Of a stretch of 52,801 nucleotides of DNA, positions 1 to 8,912 are shown piece after piece. The position numbers and the translations under genes are program-made. The stretch is from a virus (Duplodnaviria; Caudoviricetes), in the IMG/VR virus record IMGVR_UViG_3300032322_002582, positions 1 to 52,801 of that record. One strand, given 5' to 3'. The notes under the pieces are model-generated. The model worked only from the letters and a program-made list of their open reading frames with translations. It did no database searches and was not told the DNA's origin. Position 1 is the stretch's first letter. Every line of letters begins with the position of its first letter.

Positions 1-365
1 CCTTCCAGTACAGTCTCAGTTCGACGTATATCGCCCTTTAGATTCTGATTGATATCGCGTGTGTAACCTACAACTTTCTCACTATTTTCTTCCAATTTAA
101 TTATTCTAGCTTCATATTCACTGAAGTCGGGAGCAACATAATTTGCAATTTTCTTTTTCATACTTTCGTAATCTTTATACGCCTCGAATACTCCATACAT
201 GCCACCTATCACAGAAGAAACAATACCAAAAGCAATCATAAGTTTTGCAGGTGTAAAACTATAACCACCAATACTAATAACAGTATCTTTACTCGCATAC
301 TTCTTCATCGCATCTTGTAGTTCATCGACTTTCTTATCGACGTTTTTATCTTCTGTACTGCTCAT
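1..365 (-). CDS. Partial single-pass membrane protein with coiled-coil tail (runs off the left edge)
   Basis: Hand translation from ATG at 365: MSSTEDKNVDKKVDELQDAMKKYASKDTVISIGGYSFTPAKLMIAFGIVSSVIGGMYGVFEAYKDY...; open to position 1; one hydrophobic segment; overlaps the end of 346..2043. Confidence 0.8.
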   Translation of the reverse strand, partial: MSSTEDKNVDKKVDELQDAMKKYASKDTVISIGGYSFTPAKLMIAFGIVSSVIGGMYGVFEAYKDYESMKKKIANYVAPDFSEYEARIIKLEENSEKVVGYTRDINQNLKGDIRRTETVLE

Positions 366-2043
366 CTACCATCTCCTTATGGATTCTATCTGATCTTTGA
401 TTTAATTGTCTCAATGCTCTTGCATTATCTACAATAGTTACCCTCTTATAAATATCTTCTGCTTTGTAAAAAGGCATGTCAGGTAATTTCGCCTGTTCAT
501 ATGCACTAAATCCTGGAACAGTCGATAATGAAGCCATCACATCATCTTGCGGGTCCTTTTGAGCGTTTCTTTGGGAAGATTGCTGACTTCTCTGCTGATC
601 ACCCGCGCGCCGTTGTTGTTCTCTTGTTTGTGATCTTTGTGTCTGTTGGGGTTGTTGGGAAACATTACGATTTGTTTGTTGATTGGTTTGTTGGGATTGT
701 TGCGATTGTTGATTGGAACTAAGAGCTTGATTAACAATTGGATCACTTGTTACTTGTGGTGTAGTTAATAACTTTGCAACATCTTCATTACCCACTGAAG
801 GTACAGGAAGTGATGTTGTTGTGGAAATCGTGTTAATTTGTTGTGCAGAGATATAGCCTGGGCATTGTGGGCTGCTCTGTGGATTTGCCGAACAAGCATC
901 TGCAATTTGCTTCTTTCTAAAAGCGTCCGCATATCCTGGGCAACCAGAATTGTATAATGGATTTGCTATACATTGCTGATTGAAAAATGCTTGTTGATAG
1001 AGAGGGCATGCTGTTGAAAAAAGGGGATTAGACGTACACTGTTGGTTCAAATATGCTGATTCATACAGTGGGCAGGATGTGTTTGAAAGTGGATTCTCAT
1101 TGCATGTTTTGTCGAATAACGCTTTAGCATATCCTGGACATGTTGAATTATAAAGAGGATTTGCTGAACATTGTTGATTGAAATATGCTTGTTGATATTG
1201 TGGACATTGTGGAGAAAATAATTGATTCAAACTACATTGTTGTGCTTGATAAGCAGCCGCATATCCTGGGCAATTTGGTCCGAAAAGAGGATTCGCTGAA
1301 CATTGTTGATTGAAAAATGCTTGTTGCCATCCTGGGCACGATTGACTGTATAGTGGACTAATTGCACATTGTTGTTGTAAAAATGCTTGCTGATATCCTT
1401 CGCAGGTTGGTGATGCGAGAGGATTTGCTCCGCAAGGATCAACAGAATATCTTAAACGAATATCAATATTGTTGATTTCAGCTCCATAATATCCTGCCCA
1501 ATTTCCTTGATCTCTACCTGAAATAGCGACATTTAAATTTCCAACGGAAGAAAGGCTATAGATGTTGGAGAAATCTTCTGTTCCGGTAAACCTAGTCCAA
1601 TCTTGTATTCTTCTACTGTAATCAAAAATTTTACGTTCAACCATATTTTTGTTGGTATTATCGTAGAGACTTACCGTTACATTTAAAGGATCAAAAGGTT
1701 GACTTTGATTTCCTCCGGCGTTTGCATTTTTAATTGTCCATTCGTATTGATATCCTCTGACTTGTATTCCAGTGCCGATTAGTGCCTGATTAATTGCGAT
1801 ATTTTGCTGTAAATTGCCAGCACCATAACTGAACAAAATTGCTCCGTCACCCGATCTTTGAACTGGGCAAGGACCACCACTGGTTCCTGCCCATATCATT
1901 CCATTGTGTTGAGTTAAGCAACCTTGCCAACCGTAAGGTTGAATAAGATTTTGTGTAGCCTGTATGTCTTGTGAATTACAGGAGAATGAGAAGAATAGCC
2001 AAGACGCCAAGCCCAGCAGAAACTTTTTGCCAGAAACTTGCAT
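346..2043 (-). CDS. Exported Cys-rich repeat protein of unknown function
   Basis: 565-aa ORF; signal-peptide-like N-terminus (KKFLLGLASWLFFSFSCNS), beta-rich domain, nine Cx9C repeats, Q/S-rich linker. Confidence 0.85.
   Translation of the reverse strand: MQVSGKKFLLGLASWLFFSFSCNSQDIQATQNLIQPYGWQGCLTQHNGMIWAGTSGGPCPVQRSGDGAILFSYGAGNLQQNIAINQALIGTGIQVRGYQYEWTIKNANAGGNQSQPFDPLNVTVSLYDNTNKNMVERKIFDYSRRIQDWTRFTGTEDFSNIYSLSSVGNLNVAISGRDQGNWAGYYGAEINNIDIRLRYSVDPCGANPLASPTCEGYQQAFLQQQCAISPLYSQSCPGWQQAFFNQQCSANPLFGPNCPGYAAAYQAQQCSLNQLFSPQCPQYQQAYFNQQCSANPLYNSTCPGYAKALFDKTCNENPLSNTSCPLYESAYLNQQCTSNPLFSTACPLYQQAFFNQQCIANPLYNSGCPGYADAFRKKQIADACSANPQSSPQCPGYISAQQINTISTTTSLPVPSVGNEDVAKLLTTPQVTSDPIVNQALSSNQQSQQSQQTNQQTNRNVSQQPQQTQRSQTREQQRRAGDQQRSQQSSQRNAQKDPQDDVMASLSTVPGFSAYEQAKLPDMPFYKAEDIYKRVTIVDNARALRQLNQRSDRIHKEMVDEQYRR
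853..1440 (-). repeat. Nine degenerate ~66-nt (22-aa) coding repeats, consensus QQCxxNPLxxxxCPGYxxAxxx
   Basis: Read directly from the translation, DPCGANPLASPTCEGY through DACSANPQSSPQCPGY. Confidence 0.9.
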
Positions 2044-2524
2044 TTGAATTCTCGCTTAATGGTTTTGGTTTACGATCTGGTGATGATTCCCACACTCTCT
2101 TTGCATCTTCGCCAATTTTACCGTCAACTGGACATGGCGTTCCAGCATTCATCATGGCATCAAAAACTCTGTCATCTTGACATAGAGTGGCCACAGCAGC
2201 AACCTTCATACCCATATCATATAAATTTTTAGCTAATTTTAATCGTTCACAATTTAAATCGCGAACCATCGTTCCACCAGAAATACCTAAAATCTGAGTC
2301 TGAACTGCTCCGCCTACACCAACTGTGCATAAATCATTATTCAAAACATTAAAAGATGGAGAAATCGCTGAAGCTGGAGGTGATCTAACTGTGGTGTCGT
2401 TCGTACTATTAGAATTTGTTGTTACTGTGCTAGTGCTTCTGGAATCCGTAACTATCACATCAGATTGAGCAAAACTTAACGAAGAAATAACAAAAAGCAC
2501 CAAAAAGGTTAACTTTTTGTACAT
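1976..2524 (-). CDS. Exported protein with C-terminal membrane anchor, unknown function
   Basis: Signal peptide MYKKLTFLVLFVISSLSFA, S/T-rich stretch, four Cys, C-terminal hydrophobic helix. Confidence 0.85.
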   Translation of the reverse strand: MYKKLTFLVLFVISSLSFAQSDVIVTDSRSTSTVTTNSNSTNDTTVRSPPASAISPSFNVLNNDLCTVGVGGAVQTQILGISGGTMVRDLNCERLKLAKNLYDMGMKVAAVATLCQDDRVFDAMMNAGTPCPVDGKIGEDAKRVWESSPDRKPKPLSENSNASFWQKVSAGLGVLAILLILL

Positions 2525-2542
2525 TTTTTAACTTCCTATAAT

Positions 2543-2558
2543 GTTGCGAAAAAACAAC
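2543..2558. promoter_or_regulatory. GTTG-N8-CAAC palindrome, copy 1
   Basis: gttg cgaaaaaa caac in the divergent intergenic region. Confidence 0.55.
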
Positions 2559-2579
2559 AAAAAAGTTGTTTTTCCTGAT

Positions 2580-2587
2580 TATTTATC
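2580..2587 (-). promoter_or_regulatory. T4-type late promoter variant (GATAAATA)
   Basis: One mismatch to TATAAATA, about 55 nt upstream of the ATG at 2524. Confidence 0.55.
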
Positions 2588-2619
2588 TTATAATTCTATT
2601 ACAAAATTATGAATACTTT

Positions 2620-2635
2620 GTTGTATTAAAACAAC
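2620..2635. promoter_or_regulatory. GTTG-N8-CAAC palindrome, copy 2
   Basis: gttg tattaaaa caac, 13 nt upstream of TTGACA at 2649. Confidence 0.6.
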
Positions 2636-2648
2636 ACTCAAATAATGC

Positions 2649-2676
2649 TTGACAAATTTAGTGGCGTCTGTATAAT
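2649..2676 (+). promoter_or_regulatory. Sigma70-type early promoter
   Basis: TTGACA-N16-TATAAT, then AAGGA RBS before the ATG at 2713. Confidence 0.8.
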
Positions 2677-2712
2677 ACATATTGTTGATTGATGATTTAA
2701 CAAGGAACTGAA

Positions 2713-3114
2713 ATGGCTTATATGTCTCAAGATCGCAAAGCTTCGATTGCCCCTGTCGTTAAGAAAATTCTTCAGAAGTATGGTGTGAAAGGCAGTCTTG
2801 CTGTTCGTAATCATTCGACCTTGACCTTGAATATCAAATCTGGTAAAATCGATTTTATTAAAAACTTTAATGAAACGGCTGATCGTTTGGCTGGTAATCG
2901 ATTCACTCCTGCTACAGATTCGATTGATGTAAATCCTTACTGGTATCATGAGCACTTCAGTGGTGTCGCTAAGAAATTTCTTCAAGAAATTATTCATGCA
3001 ATGAATGCTGGTAATCATGATAACTCCGATATTCAGACCGACTACTTCGATGTTGGTTGGTACATCGGTGTTCACATCGGTCGCTGGAATCGCCCCTACG
3101 AATTGATTTCATGA
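2713..3114 (+). CDS. Hypothetical early phage protein
   Basis: 133-aa ORF with RBS behind a consensus promoter; C-terminal SDIQTDYFDVGWY motif. Confidence 0.85.
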   Translation: MAYMSQDRKASIAPVVKKILQKYGVKGSLAVRNHSTLTLNIKSGKIDFIKNFNETADRLAGNRFTPATDSIDVNPYWYHEHFSGVAKKFLQEIIHAMNAGNHDNSDIQTDYFDVGWYIGVHIGRWNRPYELIS

Positions 3115-3123
3115 GATGATGAA

Positions 3124-3414
3124 ATGCGCGGCGTATATGTTGTGGTTTTGAGGGATGGGTGCCGCGTGGCTGCCCTTCCCGAATATGATATTTTATTTGA
3201 CGGATACACCGAAAGTATGATAAGATATATCCATCGTGATAATTTTGTCGAAGCTTTCGGATTTTGCGTTCCGATGACTGAGAAAGAAGCTATTGAGTGT
3301 GCGAGAGTCCTGGCAAAAGGCTATGGCGAATTGTGTGATGGCATTCGAGTTTTGACCGATTATCGCAATTTTACATTTCAGGAAATTAGAGATGGTGCGT
3401 ATTCCAAAGATTGA
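3124..3414 (+). CDS. Hypothetical protein
   Basis: 96-aa ORF filling the gap in the plus-strand operon. Confidence 0.7.
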   Translation: MRGVYVVVLRDGCRVAALPEYDILFDGYTESMIRYIHRDNFVEAFGFCVPMTEKEAIECARVLAKGYGELCDGIRVLTDYRNFTFQEIRDGAYSKD

Positions 3415-4426
3415 AGAACCCAAGTTTGATAAACCTCTCTCCAATATAGAGTTGATCAAATCTTTGAATTGGTATCATGAAAATAAGGAGTCCCGCGAGG
3501 CTCCTAAGTTCGTTGCCGATTTCATGAAGAAAAATAAGATTGAAGGTAAAGTTGATTCTTCGAAAGTTTCTCCTACTCTTGGTTGGTTGTGTAGGTTGAA
3601 TATGAATGGAAATGATATTGGAGAATCAAGTCTGAAATTCATTCGCGATTCGATTCCTAAAGTTCTTGAAAAAACTAAAATCATCGTCGATGTTCCGAAA
3701 GGACCCTCGATTCAAGATCGCATGGCAGAAAAGGTTGGTGAGATTGCTGGTGAACTAGAAGGTGCGATTGATGATTTTATTCTGAGCAATTACAAAGATC
3801 AAAAATCTCCTTTTGCTATTATGCAAGATCGTGCTAAAGGAATGCATGCCAGTCGAATTGTTGATATTTTCAAACGCCGACGCGCAGAATTCGATTATGT
3901 TCTGACTGCAAAAGAACCTGATATCAAAGAAGCGTATTCCAACTTTACCAAAACTCAGTTGAAAAAACTTGTGGCTTATTGTGATATGATCATCACCGAT
4001 GCCATGAAAATTTCTGGTGAAGCTAAAGCTGCTCGCAAGCCTCGTAAACGTAAAGCAAAATCGCCTCAACAATTGATTTCGAAACTCACCTATCTGAAAG
4101 AGTGTAAAGAATTTAAATTGAAGTCGATTGAACCTGCCAAAATAATTGGTGCCTCTCAGCTATGGGTCTTCAATGTTAAATATAAACGAATCGGCGTTTA
4201 TCATGCGGAAGATGCATCTGGTTTCAGTATCAAGGGTTCATCGATTCAAAATTATAGTGAGATGAAATCGATTAATAAAACTGCTAGAAAACCTGAAGAT
4301 ATTTTGAATCAAGTTTTGACTGGTGGAAAAGTTTCTCTTCGTAATTTGATGTCGAGTATGAAGACAAAAGAGATGCCACTAACTGGTCGAATCAATAAAG
4401 AAACAATTCTTTTGAAAGTTGTATAA
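3392..4426 (+). CDS. Hypothetical basic protein of T4-like phages
   Basis: 344-aa Lys-rich ORF (RKPRKRK) directly upstream of rnh. Confidence 0.8.
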   Translation: MVRIPKIEEPKFDKPLSNIELIKSLNWYHENKESREAPKFVADFMKKNKIEGKVDSSKVSPTLGWLCRLNMNGNDIGESSLKFIRDSIPKVLEKTKIIVDVPKGPSIQDRMAEKVGEIAGELEGAIDDFILSNYKDQKSPFAIMQDRAKGMHASRIVDIFKRRRAEFDYVLTAKEPDIKEAYSNFTKTQLKKLVAYCDMIITDAMKISGEAKAARKPRKRKAKSPQQLISKLTYLKECKEFKLKSIEPAKIIGASQLWVFNVKYKRIGVYHAEDASGFSIKGSSIQNYSEMKSINKTARKPEDILNQVLTGGKVSLRNLMSSMKTKEMPLTGRINKETILLKVV

Positions 4427-4462
4427 GCGTTACTAAATAATTAAATAAAATGAAAACACATC

Positions 4463-5299
4463 ATGTTAATTTTTGATTTTAATCAAGTCGTTCTGTCTAA
4501 TCTGATGGAACAAATCGGATACTCCAAATCCTCTGTTGATGAGAGTTTGGTTCGACATATGGTTTTAAATACCATTCGATCCAATGTCAAAAAATTCAAA
4601 GAGTATGGAGAAGTTGTTATTGCTTGCGATAACAAACGCTATTGGCGCAGAGAAATTTTTCCAGCATACAAAGCAAACCGTAAGAAAAATCGTGATGCTT
4701 CTGGTCATGATTGGGCAACAATTTTTGATTGTATGTCTAAAATTCGCCAAGAATTAAAAGATCATTCACCTTATAAAGTTATCGATGTAGACGGCGCTGA
4801 AGCCGATGATGTAATTGGTGCTTTGGTGCGCGAATATTCGAGTCGCGAGCCTATTCTGATTCTATCTTCCGATAAAGATTTTGTTCAGCTACAATCTTAT
4901 CCCAATGTCAAACAGTATTCACCTATACTGAAAAAATTTATTAAGACAGAAGATCCAAATAATCAGTTGAAAGAACTGATCATTCGCGGTGATAGTGGTG
5001 ATGGAATTCCAAATGTATTGTCTCCCGATAACTGTTTGATTGAGGGACTAAGACAGAAGCCTATAACCAAAAAAGTTTTTCTTCAGTTGATGGATGTTAC
5101 ACAACCGGTGAATGAATCTGTTGCGAGAAATTGGGACAGAAATAGTCATCTTATCGATTTGAATAGAATTCCTGAATCGATTTGTAAGAGTATTATAGAT
5201 ACATACAGTGAAGTAAAAACTGCTTCGCGACAACAGTTTATGAATTATATGATTCAGAATAGACTGAAAAATTTACTTGAGGTGATTGATGAGTTCTAA
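4463..5299 (+). CDS. rnh: T4-type RNase H / 5'-3' exonuclease
   Basis: Motifs YWRR..FPAYKANR, EADDVIG, SSDKDF.QL, GDSGDGIPN. Confidence 0.95.
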   Translation: MLIFDFNQVVLSNLMEQIGYSKSSVDESLVRHMVLNTIRSNVKKFKEYGEVVIACDNKRYWRREIFPAYKANRKKNRDASGHDWATIFDCMSKIRQELKDHSPYKVIDVDGAEADDVIGALVREYSSREPILILSSDKDFVQLQSYPNVKQYSPILKKFIKTEDPNNQLKELIIRGDSGDGIPNVLSPDNCLIEGLRQKPITKKVFLQLMDVTQPVNESVARNWDRNSHLIDLNRIPESICKSIIDTYSEVKTASRQQFMNYMIQNRLKNLLEVIDEF

Positions 5300-5726
5300 T
5301 TTGTTGTATCATGAAATTTTCGATTTGTTCGAAAAAACAGAAAAGAGGGCAGATAAAATTGAAGTGTTGAGGAAACATGCAGATCAAAATTTTCTCACAT
5401 TCTTGATTTTCGCTTTTGATCCCAAAATCGAATTTGATGTAGAAATTCCTGTTTATAAACCTTCTTTGATGCCTGCTGGTTTGAATGATCTTTATCTTCA
5501 TGGTGAAGTTCAAAAACTTTATCGATTTATTAAAGGTCATCCTAAACGACCAGAAGGTTTGACAGCAGTTAAACAGAAAAGCCTTTTTACTTTTCTACTT
5601 GAATCTCTGCACAAAGATGAGGCAGATTTGATGATTCGTTGCGTCAAAAAAGACCTACGAATTCCTTTTTTGACGCCTAAATTAATTAAAGAAGCTTTTC
5701 CAGAAATTGATCTTGGTGTGAAATGA
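5286..5726 (+). CDS. Conserved T4-like hypothetical protein next to rnh
   Basis: 146-aa ORF overlapping the rnh stop; LLESLH.DEA motif. Confidence 0.75.
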   Translation: MMSSNLLYHEIFDLFEKTEKRADKIEVLRKHADQNFLTFLIFAFDPKIEFDVEIPVYKPSLMPAGLNDLYLHGEVQKLYRFIKGHPKRPEGLTAVKQKSLFTFLLESLHKDEADLMIRCVKKDLRIPFLTPKLIKEAFPEIDLGVK

Positions 5727-6439
5727 AAGTTGCTGTTGTAACTCCTACGATAGGCACAACCTATCTCTCAGATTGTCTCAATTCTGTCGATAGCCAGACT
5801 TACGAAAACCTGACTCATTATATTTTTCTCGATGGAGAGGAAGAGTATGGTTCTAAAATTTGGCACCAACTTGATGGATTCTCCAAATTAAAAACGGTTC
5901 GATTGCAAGAGAATATTGGAAAAGGATGGTATGGGCATAGAGTTTATGCTGCATGTTCTTTTCTAGTGAATGCAGATATTATCTGCTATCTCGATGAAGA
6001 CAATTGGATAGAAACTGATCATGTAGAAAGACTAGTTCATACCATCCAAAGAAACGACCTCCAGTGGGCATATAGTCTCAGAAAAATTTATGATAAAGAA
6101 GGCAATTATCTCTGTGAGGATAATTGTGAGTCTCTAGGAAAATGGCCAACTTATTTCAACAACGAAGTTCACCACATTGATACTTCTTGTTATGCGGTGC
6201 GTCGAGATGTAGCCATTAACATTGGTCATGCTTGGTATGGGCAGTGGGGTGCGGATCGAAAATTCTTTTTCAACCTGGCAAAATACTTTTCCAGATTTGA
6301 TTGCACAAATAAACATACGGTTTGTTATAGATTGGACGGTAATCCTAATTCTGTTTCGAAAGAATTTTTTGAAGTTGGTAATAACGAAAATATTTTAAAA
6401 TATGGTGGTAAATTTCCATGGAATCAAGAACAGCACTAG
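5723..6439 (+). CDS. Glycosyltransferase, GT-A fold (family 2-like)
   Basis: VAVVTPT...L.SV..QTY, YLDEDN (DxD), IDTSC, GADR motifs. Confidence 0.9.
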   Translation: MKVAVVTPTIGTTYLSDCLNSVDSQTYENLTHYIFLDGEEEYGSKIWHQLDGFSKLKTVRLQENIGKGWYGHRVYAACSFLVNADIICYLDEDNWIETDHVERLVHTIQRNDLQWAYSLRKIYDKEGNYLCEDNCESLGKWPTYFNNEVHHIDTSCYAVRRDVAINIGHAWYGQWGADRKFFFNLAKYFSRFDCTNKHTVCYRLDGNPNSVSKEFFEVGNNENILKYGGKFPWNQEQH

Positions 6440-7347
6440 TCACCGGTGGATCGGGGTATCTCGGCAGTTTTCTCTGCAAGCGACTGAAGCAAGAAGGCTG
6501 GAATGTAGTTCTTTATGACATTAAGCCTCCTCTTCATACTTACTGTGACACTATCATTATTGATAACATTTTGAACCGAGAAATGGTTCGAACAGTTTTT
6601 CAAAATAATAAAATTGATGTAGTTTTTCATCTTGCTGGTAGAATTGAAGTCGGTCTTTCTGTTTTAGAGCCTACTAAATTTTGGGAAGTAAATGTAGGTG
6701 GAACTTTAATTGTTCTTGATGCGATGAAAGAGTTTGACTGTGAAACTATCTTTTTCTCTTCAACTGCTGGTGTTTATTTTTGTGGAAGCATTCCCATAGA
6801 TGAAGATGAATGTACCACAGACAATTCTGTCTATTCTAATACTAAACTTTGCTGTGAAAGAGCTATCGAAGACTCTGGCTTAAACTTCGTTATTTTCCGA
6901 TATTTCAACTTAGCAGGTGCAGATGATGAGATGGGTGAAAATCACGATCCCGAAACTCATTTGATTCCATCGATTCTCAGAAATCTAAATAACGTTACAA
7001 TCAATGGTGATGACTATTCAACATCTGATGGAACTTGTGTTCGAGATTACGTTCATGTTTTAGATGTTGTTGATGCACACATTGAAGCTTTGAAGTTGGA
7101 AGAAAAAAACATTCTGGTTAATTTAGGATCAGGTATCGGCTACAGTAACTTGGAAGTTATTCAAACAATTGAAAATGTAATTGGAGAAAAAGTAAACTAC
7201 AAGATTGGACCTAGACGGGAAGGAGATCCTAACTTTCTAGTTGCTGATATTAGTCTCGCTAAGGAATTATTGAATTATGAACCAAAACACAACATCGAAT
7301 CAATCATCAAAACTGCGTATGCTTGGGAGAAAAAAAGAACCTCTTGA
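6418..7347 (+). CDS. galE: UDP-glucose 4-epimerase
   Basis: TGGSGYLGS, FSSTA, YxxxK (YSNTK), RYFNLAGA, ETHLIP, DGTCVRDYVHV. Confidence 0.92.
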   Translation: MESRTALVTGGSGYLGSFLCKRLKQEGWNVVLYDIKPPLHTYCDTIIIDNILNREMVRTVFQNNKIDVVFHLAGRIEVGLSVLEPTKFWEVNVGGTLIVLDAMKEFDCETIFFSSTAGVYFCGSIPIDEDECTTDNSVYSNTKLCCERAIEDSGLNFVIFRYFNLAGADDEMGENHDPETHLIPSILRNLNNVTINGDDYSTSDGTCVRDYVHVLDVVDAHIEALKLEEKNILVNLGSGIGYSNLEVIQTIENVIGEKVNYKIGPRREGDPNFLVADISLAKELLNYEPKHNIESIIKTAYAWEKKRTS

Positions 7348-7900
7348 TGCAATTAGTTTCTCTGTACAAGACAAAATTGAATCTGAGTTTTTAAAACAAA
7401 ACATTCATTTTTTGTTTGGAGAAATTGATGAGTATAACATTACAAGAGCCATACAGTGGATGCTGTATGAGAATAATTTGGAAGAAAAAAATAAAACTCT
7501 ACAACTATTCATCAATTCACCAGGTGGAGATTTGTATCAAGCGTTCGCCCTTATCGATGCCATGAGTTGGAGTAAAGTGCCAATTAGAACGATTGGTTTG
7601 GGAACTGTAATGTCGGCCGCATTTTTAATTTTTGCTTCAGGTGAAAAAGGCGAAAGATTTATTTCAAAGAATTGTGGAATAATGTGTCACCAGTATACAG
7701 ATTTCTTTGAAGGAAAATATCACGACCTGGAGTCATATCGCAAAGAAACGGAATTGTGTATTCAAAGAATGACTAATGTTCTTCAGTCAGCAACAAATTT
7801 GGATGCAAAAGGAGTTAAAACCAAACTTCTTACTCCCAGTGATGTTTGGTTAACAGCAGAAGAGTTGGTAAAACTGGGAGCAGCGGATCATATCATTTAA
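7277..7900 (+). CDS. clpP: ClpP-family serine protease (true start may be ATG 7319)
   Basis: INSPGG motif, Ser in MSAA, His in MCHQ, Asp in SDVWLTAEE, C-terminal G.ADHII. Confidence 0.9.
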   Translation: MNQNTTSNQSSKLRMLGRKKEPLDAISFSVQDKIESEFLKQNIHFLFGEIDEYNITRAIQWMLYENNLEEKNKTLQLFINSPGGDLYQAFALIDAMSWSKVPIRTIGLGTVMSAAFLIFASGEKGERFISKNCGIMCHQYTDFFEGKYHDLESYRKETELCIQRMTNVLQSATNLDAKGVKTKLLTPSDVWLTAEELVKLGAADHII

Positions 7901-7920
7901 AAGGAGAAGAGGTTACTAAA

Positions 7921-8106
7921 ATGATCGGTGCAATTAAAGTTGAAAGAGTCCAAAAGACCAAATTTCGTAAAAATAGTGAAAAGCAAGATGAACAGTTTCA
8001 GCAGCAAAAAAAGAAACATCATGACAAGTCATACTACCGTTTAGCAAAAGAAGAGGACGATTATGGCGATCTCGAATTATATACGAAAAAGAATCGAAGA
8101 GCTTGA
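7921..8106 (+). CDS. Small basic hypothetical protein
   Basis: ATG 7921 preceded by AAGGAG/GAGG; same frame as track ORF 7846..8106. Confidence 0.65.
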   Translation: MIGAIKVERVQKTKFRKNSEKQDEQFQQQKKKHHDKSYYRLAKEEDDYGDLELYTKKNRRA

Positions 8107-8230
8107 AGAACAAATTCAAAGAAGTCAAGGTGATGTAGATTTTTTGAAAAATGAATTGAAGCGCCTGAAATTTCAAGAATTCGAAGAGGACCTTCGAGAG
8201 GAAGACAATAGAAAACTTCTTCAGGAATAG
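8063..8230 (+). CDS. Small coiled-coil protein (55 aa, not in ORF track)
   Basis: MAISNYIRKRIEELEEQIQRSQGDVDFLKNELKRLKFQEFEEDLREEDNRKLLQE; AAGGA RBS. Confidence 0.7.
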   Translation: MAISNYIRKRIEELEEQIQRSQGDVDFLKNELKRLKFQEFEEDLREEDNRKLLQE

Positions 8231-8245
8231 TTGTAAAAAAACAAC
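8230..8245. promoter_or_regulatory. GTTG-N8-CAAC palindrome, copy 3
   Basis: gttg taaaaaaa caac, 7 nt upstream of TTGACA at 8253. Confidence 0.6.
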
Positions 8246-8252
8246 AACAGAT

Positions 8253-8280
8253 TTGACATTATTTCCCTTTGTGTTATAAT
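8253..8280 (+). promoter_or_regulatory. Sigma70-type early promoter with extended -10
   Basis: TTGACA-N16-TATAAT with TGn before the -10. Confidence 0.8.
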
Positions 8281-8286
8281 CTTTTC

Positions 8287-8667
8287 ATGATGAAAATTCC
8301 TTCAGTTGGCTCTACTGTCAGTGTGACTGTTCGATATCGGTCCATTTACTTGTTCGCAACTTCACCATTCGAGGATAATCGTTATACTGGTGTTGTTGTA
8401 AAAAATGCTAAGTGGGTTGATGCCGATAGTTTTTCTCTTCAGACACAGGACAAAGAACATCCTGTGAAAATCATAAAAATTGATCGAGTTCATGACTTAA
8501 AGGTTTTGAACGGAACATCAATTGACGTTAGACGCTTCAATGTCAAAGGAAAAGGCGGTACTTATACTGTAACCAAGAGTGGGAAAAATTATTCTTGCAC
8601 TTGTGTCGGTTTCAAGTATCATTCTAAATGTAAACACATAACCGCAGTATCTAATAGCTTGGAGTAA
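8287..8667 (+). CDS. SWIM zinc-finger protein
   Basis: CxC-x8-CxH (CTCVGFKYHSKCKH); start placed at the first ATG after the -10 box. Confidence 0.85.
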   Translation: MMKIPSVGSTVSVTVRYRSIYLFATSPFEDNRYTGVVVKNAKWVDADSFSLQTQDKEHPVKIIKIDRVHDLKVLNGTSIDVRRFNVKGKGGTYTVTKSGKNYSCTCVGFKYHSKCKHITAVSNSLE

Positions 8668-8670
8668 AAT

Positions 8671-8808
8671 ATGGATTGTTTTGAAATGATGGTATCTGAA
8701 ATTGTTCGTTTGAATTCGGATGAAACTCTTCGAACAGAAGAAGAATCTTGTCTTTATGTTGAAAAGATTATGTTGTTCGGATACAACATTACCAAGGGTG
8801 TAAAATGA
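8671..8808 (+). CDS. Small hypothetical protein (45 aa, not in track)
   Basis: GGAG RBS; MDCFEMMVSEIVRLNSDETLRTEEESCLYVEKIMLFGYNITKGVK. Confidence 0.6.
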   Translation: MDCFEMMVSEIVRLNSDETLRTEEESCLYVEKIMLFGYNITKGVK

Positions 8809-8912
8809 CCGAATTTGCATTCTATCTTGATGCATGGTATCATTGCTATAAGAATAAAATTCCTTTGAATAAAATTTATCGTAAAGACTGGAAGACCTGG
8901 GCACTCAAATGA
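8805..8912 (+). CDS. Small aromatic-rich protein (35 aa, not in track)
   Basis: MTEFAFYLDAWYHCYKNKIPLNKIYRKDWKTWALK; ATGA overlaps with both neighbours. Confidence 0.6.
   Translation: MTEFAFYLDAWYHCYKNKIPLNKIYRKDWKTWALK

Noticed and set aside
8772-8787. Fifth GTTG-N8-CAAC copy
   Set aside because: Inside a likely small CDS with no convincing promoter next to it; may be chance
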